Part shown: in pieces, positions 20,985 through 28,791 of the stretch
How the letters are laid out: each line of letters starts with the position of its first letter
How positions within the stretch are numbered: the stretch's first letter is position 1
Source of the DNA: an uncultured Verrucomicrobiota bacterium
GTDB lineage: Bacteria; Verrucomicrobiota; Kiritimatiellia; CAIKKV01; CAITUY01
Length of the DNA stretch: 50,884 bases
Assembly (NCBI GenBank): GCA_964458765.1
Contig: CAYWKN010000002.1
Span: 1-50,884, forward strand
Reading direction: 5' to 3'
Translations under genes and position numbers: made by a program
Notes under the pieces: generated by a model
The model's input: the letters and a program-made list of their open reading frames with translations, nothing else
Databases searched by the model: none
Told to the model about the DNA's origin: nothing

Positions 20985-21038
20985 GTCACAATTTGTGACC
21001 TCAAGTTACGAGGACAACCGGTCACACATTGTGACCGG
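20985..21038. promoter_or_regulatory. Two operator-like palindromes GTCACA-N3-TGTGAC between the DUF1016 gene and hsdS
   Basis: gtcacaatttgtgac (20985-20999) and ccggtcacacattgtgaccgg (21018-21038, 9-3-9 perfect). Centres are ~36 bp apart. Regulatory role is inferred only. Confidence 0.35.
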
Positions 21039-21046
21039 TCTGCCCC

Positions 21047-22459
21047 ATGGCGGACACCGAGAACTGCCTCTCTCTCCTTCACCAAAAGGCTGAATCCATG
21101 GGACAAAAAACAAATAAACCACCCACCCGAAAAGGTGACACAGGCTTCCAGCCTGTGATTCCCGACAAGATCACGGGCAAGATGCCCGTGTCACGTTTGC
21201 CGGAAAACTGGCGCCAAACACGCATTGGCGATGCCTACTGTTTTACCCGACGGCCAAAAGGGTTGCGTTATTCCGATTACGCCACAATCCCTTTCATTCC
21301 GATGAACTTGATCCCACAGGGAGGAGCGACACAACCATCGTTCGTCGACAAGACAGCGGCGCAGATCACCAGCGGCACCTACTTTGAACAAGGAGACCTC
21401 TTGCTCTCCAAGATCACCCCGTCTTTTGAGAACGGCAAACAGGCCATCGCATCCAACCTCCCCATTCCATTCGGGGTCGCGACAACCGAGGTTATCCCTA
21501 TCCAGGCCCTCACTGGAACAAGCGACACCCATTTCTTATTCTACTGCCTGCTACAGCCGGAAGTGCGGCAGGCCATCGCATCGAAAATGGAAGGCAGCAC
21601 GGGTCGTCAACGCGTTCCCGAGCACGTCATCAGGGACTGGATCATCCCCCTCCCCCCCCTGGCCGAACAGGAACGGATTGCCGCCATCCTATGGAAGATC
21701 CAGGAAGCCATCGCAAGCGAGGCGGCGATCATCCGCAACGCCCGGGACCTCAAGAAATCCCTACTCCGCCACCTCTTCACCCACGGCCTCCACAACGAAC
21801 CGCTGAAGGAAACCGAGATCGGACGAATGCCGGAGAGTTGGGACGTTGTGACCATCGGCCATGAGTGCGGCACATGTACCTCCGCTATGAGTTACACCCA
21901 GTTCATTCATCTGGAGGAATCGGTCGAAGGGGTGATAGTACATGGTGTCAAAGTGTCAGATATGAACTTGCCGGGCAACGAAGTGCGCTTCGAGTCGGCA
22001 AACCTTGTGAAGACGCTTCCACTATCAATAGCCCAAAAGAGAACGGTTCCGTCCGGATCAGTTGTTTTCCCAAAACGAGGGGCAGCGATTGCGACGAACA
22101 AGAAACGCCTGACCACCACTTGGACAGTGCTCGATCCAAATCTGATCGCAATTGTGCCGGGCAAAGACGTCGAGTCAACTTTTCTCCTAAACTGGTTTCT
22201 CACTTTCGACTTGGCGTCAATTACTGAACCGGGGCCGACGCCGCAACTGAACAAGAAGAACGTCGTGCCGCTTTTATTCCCGAAGCCCACAAAGGAAGAA
22301 CAGCGCGAAATAACTCCCATTCTGAGCACCGTGGACGAGAACATCGCGATTCACGAGGCAAATCAGCAGACCTTGCGGGACCTGTTCAGGGCGGTGCTGA
22401 ATGGGTTGATGAGTGGAAAGATGAGGGTGGGAGAGTTGGAGATGGAGGAGGCGAGGTGA
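21047..22459 (+). CDS. hsdS: Type I restriction-modification specificity subunit
   Basis: Two target-recognition halves, each opening with LPE(N/S)W...IGD/IGH. Conserved helical spacers (PLPPLAEQERIAAILWKIQEAI... and FPKPTKEEQREITPILSTVDENI...). Start uncertain: ATG 21047, 21098 or 21182. Confidence 0.85.
   Translation: MADTENCLSLLHQKAESMGQKTNKPPTRKGDTGFQPVIPDKITGKMPVSRLPENWRQTRIGDAYCFTRRPKGLRYSDYATIPFIPMNLIPQGGATQPSFVDKTAAQITSGTYFEQGDLLLSKITPSFENGKQAIASNLPIPFGVATTEVIPIQALTGTSDTHFLFYCLLQPEVRQAIASKMEGSTGRQRVPEHVIRDWIIPLPPLAEQERIAAILWKIQEAIASEAAIIRNARDLKKSLLRHLFTHGLHNEPLKETEIGRMPESWDVVTIGHECGTCTSAMSYTQFIHLEESVEGVIVHGVKVSDMNLPGNEVRFESANLVKTLPLSIAQKRTVPSGSVVFPKRGAAIATNKKRLTTTWTVLDPNLIAIVPGKDVESTFLLNWFLTFDLASITEPGPTPQLNKKNVVPLLFPKPTKEEQREITPILSTVDENIAIHEANQQTLRDLFRAVLNGLMSGKMRVGELEMEEAR
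21135..21194 (+). repeat. 60-nt double-hairpin repeat element, copy A (5' end of hsdS)
   Basis: gtgaCACAGGCTtccAGCCTGTGattcccgacaagatCACGGGCAagaTGCCCGTGtcac. Read in-frame it gives DTGFQPVIPDKITGKMPVS. Confidence 0.9.
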
Positions 22460-22463
22460 ACAA

Positions 22464-25400
22464 ATGAAACCGAAAAACAAACCGCAACTGCGACTTCTTG
22501 ATGACTTACCTGCCGGCATGACGGAAGTCGCGGGGGACCGTTTCAACCATGGTGTCTATGCTGACAGTCTGCGCGACATCCTATTGTCCAACAGGCCCGG
22601 CATCAGTGTTGGCCTCCTTGGCAAATGGGGACAGGGGAAAAGCACCATCGTCAACCTGCTCCACAAGACGCTGTCGGGGAAGGCTCAGGTTGTCGTTTTC
22701 AACGCTTGGAAGGCCCGGGGTGATTCTGTCCGGAGGCAGATGCTGCTTGAAGTGCTTCGACAAATCGGGTCGGGTGAATATGAGAAACTGAGGCGGTTCA
22801 CCAATACGAGGTTGCCGTTTGCGTTATGGACTGCGGAGGAGCGTGAACCGTTCTCTTCCGCCAATATCCGCCACTTCCTGTTTAAGGTTCGCCATCTGCC
22901 ACTATGGATTCAGGGTGCGATCGCACTGGCCACGATCTGTGCCGTTGCTGTCACGATAACGACAATTGGCGTCTATCACGGGAATTCCACGGCTAAAGAT
23001 TTTGCTGGTTCAATCGCATTCCTAGGAGGACTTGTGATCTCATCTTTCGCTGCCGTTCTAGGATGGTTCAAAGAAACCCGCAAGAACGAATTAATGGTGT
23101 ACACAGAACCTGTATCAGAAAGCCTTACGCTCAAGTACCCGGAACAGTTCCAACGCGTATTCGAACAGGAGGTCGCGAAACACTGCAAGGCTTGTGGACG
23201 CCTGATCATCGTCGTCGACGATCTCGACCGATGTGAACCGGCCACCGTTGTTGAAGTTCTAGCTGCCATAAGGCAGTTCTCCTGCGGACATATCCACGAC
23301 CCCGGTTGTGCAGTCCAAGACTCACTGGACTGTCAATTTCTCGTTCCGTGCGACGAAGAACAGCTGGTCTTGGCGTTGGAATCAGATGGGCACAGGCGCA
23401 AGGGAACTGACGTTTGTTACCATAACTACCGTGATGAATTGTTGCGCAAGTTCTTTGATATCGTTGTAAGGATGGATCCTCCACTGCCTCAGGACTTGGT
23501 AACTTATGCTGAGACCTTGGTGACATCAGGAGTTATTGACATCGATGTCTCAGCAGCAAAAGAAATCATTGGAGTGGCCGATCCACGCGATCCACGGCAG
23601 GTCAAAAAACTGCTGAACGCACTCACACTGGCACTCGACAAGGCGCACCGGTTTCACGACATCGGCTTATTGCCTGGCTGCGAGGAGTTTCCAGATCTCC
23701 AAAAGACTCTTATCCTCTTGACGGCTCTTCGGGAGACGACCCCCTATGTCTACGATGAAATATGCAGAATGCCAGACGTCCTGGACAATCTATCATCACT
23801 CCCTCTTGAGAAGTTCAACAAGACAGAGATCGAAAAGGCAACAACAATAAGGCAACGTTGTGGATACGTGTCGTCTGTGACTGTCAGTCTCCTGACCTCT
23901 TTCCACTGGGACTCCCGCCTTTCCGGCATAAAGGACGGACCTGCTTTTATCAAAGCGGTCGGGGATGGGGACGAAACTTCCTTTAAGAACATCCTTCAGC
24001 AAGTTGAGGAGGGAGACCGAACTCGCCTGTTAGGGTTCTTCGGTGACAACGTCACAACAACCACACGTACACCAGCCCAACTGCGAAAGTCGCTTATGCT
24101 CCTGGGAGACTATGGCCTGTTGGGTGACTTGCATGAGAAGGCCGCCGCTTCAGTTCTGGATGCACTTCTGAAGACTGCGGGACTCCACCACTACTTCCCT
24201 AACGCATTGGAAGGATTGGCGCGACTGGATTGGATATCTCGACAAATACCCGCCCTGCATACTGATGCCAGGGATGACTTGGTTGAGTTTGTACTCCAGA
24301 ACTACATGAAAGAACCGAAGACACGCGAACATGAACTCAGATTCCTACTACAAACACCGTTACTGATGCGAGAAGACCTGAAGTCGCGCTTCTGTGGTAC
24401 ACTTGAAAAGTACCTGAAGGATCTGAAAGATCCCGAATGGCAGATGCATGTCGAACGCATTGTTCCGATGCTCCCAAGTGACCAAAGGCAGTGTGCTGGG
24501 TTTGTCCCTGACTTGGTCCCGTGGATGGTGCAGCGGTTATGGACCGATGACGTGAGAACGAAAGATCCGGCGGCGTGGTCCACACCTAAGTTGGCCGCCG
24601 CCATGATCGGGCATGATGCCGACAAGGCAAAAGAATGTCTTCAGAATCTCTTCGGCACCACTGGTAAACTGCAATCACCCCAACGGATTCAAAGCACGCC
24701 AGGCATTTGGCCACTCTGGAAGTTCATAACGCACCTGATGACAATCCTCGATCCCAAGAGTATTCCTGACTTTTATCCGCATCTCCAGAAATGGTTGTCG
24801 CAACAGAGTTCGAAAGAGGAAGTCGAGTGCGTCCTCAATGCCATGAAGGCACAGATACTTGCATTCAAGACTCCACAACTGAAGGAGATCGCGCAGGTCA
24901 TCTTCACTTCCATTCAAAATCAACCCGACCAGACCTGGGCGTTGACGTATCTCCCATCGAAAAGCGCCGCCACCTCCCAAAAGGTCCAATGGGACTTCTT
25001 ATGCCAGTCATTCTTCGCGAAGTTTAAGGAACACGCTTTGCAGAACGGCGTTTTCCCCAATTGGTATCAAACCATTCTCAAAAGGGTCGTTGACGACCAG
25101 TGGCCAATAACGGCCGAAGCCGACATTCTGCTGGGATACAAGATCAGAACGCAACAGGAGTCGGAGAAGTGGTTCAGCAACCTTGAACCAGTGATTAGGG
25201 GTGAGTGTCCAGTAACAAGAAAGGATATCCTTGCGCGAATGGCAGCGCAAACGGACAACATAACGGCATTTCGAATGGGAATCAAGGTGTGGACCAGCAA
25301 TATGGAGGAAAAGGAAAGGGATGAGACGTGCCGAGCAATCGCCAGTTTCCTTGAAAAGGCACCGGCGGCGGTTCTTTCCTCGAATTCAGGCGAACTCAAT

Positions 25401-25679
25401 GCCTTCACCGACATATCTTTGGCTGGTGCAGCACTGGATTATACTGTGGATCTACTGAGAGAGGATGAAAAGTGGTTACAGGGAAAAGAGCAACTGCTTG
25501 GCTTTCTTGCGAGTCGAGTTCAACTGCTGAATGGCGAGCACCGGGAGGCATTGAAGCGCAGAGCCAAGTTCCTTCAGGCTCAAAGTGACAATGTTCTGAA
25601 AACGCTTGGTTCCAAGGTGTTGGACGTTATGGAAGAGAATCAGAAACACACATCAACATTTGTGAACGACCCTACGTAA
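22464..25679 (+). CDS. KAP-family P-loop NTPase with intradomain transmembrane hairpin and ~800-aa uncharacterised C-terminal region
   Basis: Walker A GLLGKWGQGKST (aa ~51-61). Two hydrophobic helices (LPLWIQGAIALATICAVAVTITTIGVY, FAGSIAFLGGLVISSFAAVLGWF). Then Walker B LIIVVDDLDRCEP (aa ~247-259), the KAP architecture. 4-nt gap after hsdS and 21 nt before hsdR. Low GC (27/60, 26/60, 33/60 in three sampled lines). Confidence 0.85.
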   Translation: MKPKNKPQLRLLDDLPAGMTEVAGDRFNHGVYADSLRDILLSNRPGISVGLLGKWGQGKSTIVNLLHKTLSGKAQVVVFNAWKARGDSVRRQMLLEVLRQIGSGEYEKLRRFTNTRLPFALWTAEEREPFSSANIRHFLFKVRHLPLWIQGAIALATICAVAVTITTIGVYHGNSTAKDFAGSIAFLGGLVISSFAAVLGWFKETRKNELMVYTEPVSESLTLKYPEQFQRVFEQEVAKHCKACGRLIIVVDDLDRCEPATVVEVLAAIRQFSCGHIHDPGCAVQDSLDCQFLVPCDEEQLVLALESDGHRRKGTDVCYHNYRDELLRKFFDIVVRMDPPLPQDLVTYAETLVTSGVIDIDVSAAKEIIGVADPRDPRQVKKLLNALTLALDKAHRFHDIGLLPGCEEFPDLQKTLILLTALRETTPYVYDEICRMPDVLDNLSSLPLEKFNKTEIEKATTIRQRCGYVSSVTVSLLTSFHWDSRLSGIKDGPAFIKAVGDGDETSFKNILQQVEEGDRTRLLGFFGDNVTTTTRTPAQLRKSLMLLGDYGLLGDLHEKAAASVLDALLKTAGLHHYFPNALEGLARLDWISRQIPALHTDARDDLVEFVLQNYMKEPKTREHELRFLLQTPLLMREDLKSRFCGTLEKYLKDLKDPEWQMHVERIVPMLPSDQRQCAGFVPDLVPWMVQRLWTDDVRTKDPAAWSTPKLAAAMIGHDADKAKECLQNLFGTTGKLQSPQRIQSTPGIWPLWKFITHLMTILDPKSIPDFYPHLQKWLSQQSSKEEVECVLNAMKAQILAFKTPQLKEIAQVIFTSIQNQPDQTWALTYLPSKSAATSQKVQWDFLCQSFFAKFKEHALQNGVFPNWYQTILKRVVDDQWPITAEADILLGYKIRTQQESEKWFSNLEPVIRGECPVTRKDILARMAAQTDNITAFRMGIKVWTSNMEEKERDETCRAIASFLEKAPAAVLSSNSGELNAFTDISLAGAALDYTVDLLREDEKWLQGKEQLLGFLASRVQLLNGEHREALKRRAKFLQAQSDNVLKTLGSKVLDVMEENQKHTSTFVNDPT

Positions 25680-25700
25680 TCGACAACGACATTCATCCAC

Positions 25701-28700
25701 ATGAGTTCACTCGCCGTAGAATCGACAACCGTCCAATCCCCTCTCCTCCGTTATGCGGCGGAGGCCGGCTGGACGCCCATTCCCCCTTCGGATGCCGTGA
25801 AACTGCGCCAGGGGGAGGCGGGCACGATGTTCTACGGACTGGTGGAGAAAACACTGCTCAAACTGAATCCCGGCATCGTCACCACCGAGAACGTCGCCGA
25901 AATCGTCCGGCGCATCGAAGGGGTTCGCAACTCCATCGAGGGCAATGCCGAAATCCTGGCCTGGCTTCGCGGGGAACGATCCGTCTATGTCCCCTCGGAA
26001 AAACGCCAGCGGAACGTCCGGCTCGTGGATTTTGACAAGCCAGCCGCCAACACCTTCCACGTCACCCCGGAATGGCGGTACACCAATGGCTCGCAGTCGA
26101 ACCGGGCCGATATCATGTTCCTCGTCAACGGCATCCCCGTCGCCCTCGTGGAAACCAAGAGCGCCAAGAAACGCAACGGCATCGAGGAAGCCCTGATCCA
26201 GGTCCGCCGCTACCACCGCGAAACCCCCGAAATGCTCACCGCCCCCCAGGTGTTCAACCTCACCCACCTCATCGACTTCCACTACGGCGCCACCTGGAAC
26301 CTCGACCGCAAGGACCTGTTCCGATGGAAAAGTGACACAGGCTTCCAGCCTGTGTCAGCACAACCGTCCGCACGTGACACAGGCTTCCAGCCTGTGATCC
26401 CAACCAACACCACAGGCAAGATGCCTGTGTCACCCTCCTTCGAAGCCCTCATTAAGTCTTTCTTTGACCGACAACGATTCCTGACCCTCATCAAGGAATG
26501 GATCCTGTTCTACGTCAAGGACGACGAACTCCGGAAAACCGTCCTCCGTCAACACCAGGTCCGCGCTGTGGAAAAGGTGCTCGCCCGTTGCGCCGACCCC
26601 CGGAAAACCACCGGCCTGGTCTGGCACACCCAGGGTTCCGGCAAGACCTTCACCATGATCACCGCGGCGCGCCTCCTGCTGGAAGGTGACACAGGCTTCC
26701 AGCCTGTGATCTCTACCAACTCCACAGGCAAGATGCCTGTGCCACCCTCCCAACGTGACACAGGCTTCCAGCCTGTGATTCCTTCCAAGCCCACCGTCCT
26801 CCTCATCATCGACCGCAACGAACTGGAAGGACAACTCACCGGCTGGGTGGAACGACTGCTCGGCGAATTGACCGACGAGGATATCGCCATCGAACGGGCC
26901 ACCGGCAAACAACGCCTCCGGGAACTGCTGGCCTCCGACTTCCGCGGCCTCATCATCTCCACCATCCACAAATTCGACGGCCTCCCCAAGGCCGTCAACA
27001 AACGCGACAACATCTTTGTGCTGATCGACGAAGCGCACCGCTCGACCGGCGGCGACCTCGGCAATTACCTCATGGGCGCCCTTCCCAACGCCACCTTGAT
27101 CGGCTTCACCGGCACCCCCATCGACAAGACCGCCTATGGCCAGGGCACCTTCAAGACGTTCGGGCGCGAGGACAGGGACGGCTATCTGGACAAGTATTCC
27201 ATCGCGGAGTCCATGGCCGACGAAACCACGCTGAAACTGAAGTACGCGCTCGCCCCGAACGATATCCGCCTGCCCGACGAAATCCTGGAGAAGGAATTCC
27301 TCGCCCTGGCGGAAGCCGAGGGCGTCAGCGATGTGGAGGAACTGAACCGCATCCTCGACAAGGCTGTCACCCTCAAGGCTTTCCTCAAATCGGAGAGTCG
27401 CATCAAGGCCGTGGCGGCGTTTGTGGCGGACCATTTCCGCGCGAATGTCCACCCGCTCGGCTACAAGGCCTTCCTCGTGGGTGTGGATCGCGAAGCCTGC
27501 GCCCTTTACAAGCAGGCGCTCGATAAACTCCTGCCCCCGGAATGGGTGACCCCCATCTATACCGCCGCGGCCAACGACAGCGAACGCCTCCCCATCGTCG
27601 CTGCGCACCAGACGGCCGGTCCCGGCGAGACCACCGCCCGCAAACTGTTCATCAAGCCGGGTATGGATCCCCAAATCCTGATCGTGACCGACAAACTCCT
27701 GACCGGCTATGACGCGCCCATCCTGTACTGCATGTACCTGGACAAGCCCATGCGCGACCATGTCCTGCTCCAGGCCATCGCGCGCGTGAACCGGCCCTAC
27801 GAGGCGGAGGACGGCACCAAGAAACCCTGCGGTTTCGTTCTGGATTTCATCGGCGTATTCGGCAAATTGAAGAAGGCGCTCGCCTTCGACTCGAAGGAAG
27901 TCAGCGGCATTGTCGAGAACATCGAGGTCCTGTTCGCCCGCTTCAAGGAGTTGATGACCGGCCGCGCCGGCAGTTATCTGGCGCTGATCGGGAAAGCGAT
28001 GGACGACAAGGCCGTCGAGCGCGCCATTGACGCCTTTGCCAACAGGGAAAAGCGGGAGGAGTTCCAGGCCTTCTTCAAGGAGGTCGAAACCCTGTACGAA
28101 ATCCTCTCGCCATCGCCCGAACTGCGGGACTTTATCGAGCCTTTCGCGAAACTGGCCGCGTTGTACGGGATTGTGCGGAACGCCTTCGAGGTCAAGACGC
28201 CGCTGTACACCGACATCGCCAGGAAGACCGAAACCCTCGTCCGGGAAACCGCGGCAGCCTACGGGCTCAAGGGCGCCACAAAAGTCGCGGAAATCAGCGC
28301 CGGAACGTTAAAAAGCATTCAGGAGGGCGCCTCCTCCGACGGCAGCAAGGTTGTCAGTCTCGTCAAGTCGCTTGTCAAGGCGGCTGAGGACAGCGGCGGT
28401 GAGGAGCCCTATCTGATCCCGATCGCCGAACGTGCCAAGGCCATCATGGAGGCGTTCGATGACCGGCAGGAATCCACGCGCCATGCCTTGGCCGAAGTAC
28501 AGAGCCTGGCGCGGCAAAAGATCGAGGCGGAGGAAGAACGGCGGCGCACGGGCATGGGCATCAATACGTTCACCCTATACTGGGTGTTGAAGGGCGAGGG
28601 CATCCGGAATGCCCCCGAACTGGCGGCCACCCTCAATGCCATCATCGAACGCTTCCCCAACTTCAAGGACAACGGCGAGGAACGCCGGCAACTCAAGGCC

Positions 28701-28787
28701 GAGGCCTACCGGGCGCTGTTGCCGGTTGTCGGGGGGAAGACCATGGTCGCCCTCGCGGAACGTATCCTCGCGCTGAAAAGGAAATGA
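25701..28787 (+). CDS. hsdR: Type I restriction enzyme R subunit (nuclease + SF2 translocase)
   Basis: PD-(D/E)xK region ADIMFLVNGIPVALVETKSAKK. Helicase motifs HTQGSGKTFT, VLIDEAHRS, GFTGTP, QAIARVNR. Intact 1028-aa ORF despite two repeat insertions. Confidence 0.95.
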   Translation: MSSLAVESTTVQSPLLRYAAEAGWTPIPPSDAVKLRQGEAGTMFYGLVEKTLLKLNPGIVTTENVAEIVRRIEGVRNSIEGNAEILAWLRGERSVYVPSEKRQRNVRLVDFDKPAANTFHVTPEWRYTNGSQSNRADIMFLVNGIPVALVETKSAKKRNGIEEALIQVRRYHRETPEMLTAPQVFNLTHLIDFHYGATWNLDRKDLFRWKSDTGFQPVSAQPSARDTGFQPVIPTNTTGKMPVSPSFEALIKSFFDRQRFLTLIKEWILFYVKDDELRKTVLRQHQVRAVEKVLARCADPRKTTGLVWHTQGSGKTFTMITAARLLLEGDTGFQPVISTNSTGKMPVPPSQRDTGFQPVIPSKPTVLLIIDRNELEGQLTGWVERLLGELTDEDIAIERATGKQRLRELLASDFRGLIISTIHKFDGLPKAVNKRDNIFVLIDEAHRSTGGDLGNYLMGALPNATLIGFTGTPIDKTAYGQGTFKTFGREDRDGYLDKYSIAESMADETTLKLKYALAPNDIRLPDEILEKEFLALAEAEGVSDVEELNRILDKAVTLKAFLKSESRIKAVAAFVADHFRANVHPLGYKAFLVGVDREACALYKQALDKLLPPEWVTPIYTAAANDSERLPIVAAHQTAGPGETTARKLFIKPGMDPQILIVTDKLLTGYDAPILYCMYLDKPMRDHVLLQAIARVNRPYEAEDGTKKPCGFVLDFIGVFGKLKKALAFDSKEVSGIVENIEVLFARFKELMTGRAGSYLALIGKAMDDKAVERAIDAFANREKREEFQAFFKEVETLYEILSPSPELRDFIEPFAKLAALYGIVRNAFEVKTPLYTDIARKTETLVRETAAAYGLKGATKVAEISAGTLKSIQEGASSDGSKVVSLVKSLVKAAEDSGGEEPYLIPIAERAKAIMEAFDDRQESTRHALAEVQSLARQKIEAEEERRRTGMGINTFTLYWVLKGEGIRNAPELAATLNAIIERFPNFKDNGEERRQLKAEAYRALLPVVGGKTMVALAERILALKRK
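26332..26433 (+). repeat. Hairpin repeat: half copy D (26332-26357) plus full 60-nt copy B (26374-26433) inside hsdR
   Basis: D is gtgacacaggcttccagcctgtgtca (11-bp stem). B is gtgacacaggcttccagcctgtgatcccaaccaacaccacaggcaagatgcctgtgtcac. Translated SDTGFQPVSAQPSARDTGFQPVIPTNTTGKMPVS. Confidence 0.9.
26686..26779 (+). repeat. Hairpin repeat: full 60-nt copy C (26686-26745) plus half copy E (26755-26779) inside hsdR
   Basis: C is gtgacacaggcttccagcctgtgatctctaccaactccacaggcaagatgcctgtgccac. E is gtgacacaggcttccagcctgtgat. Translated GDTGFQPVISTNSTGKMPVPPSQRDTGFQPVIPS, located just after helicase motif I. Confidence 0.9.
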
Positions 28788-28791
28788 CGCC

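Noticed and set aside
26332-26779. HsdR insertions as inteins or group I/II introns
   Set aside because: The inserts are only ~20-34 codons. They lack intein splice-junction residues and blocks, and are far too short for introns. They are plain in-frame palindromic DNA repeats.
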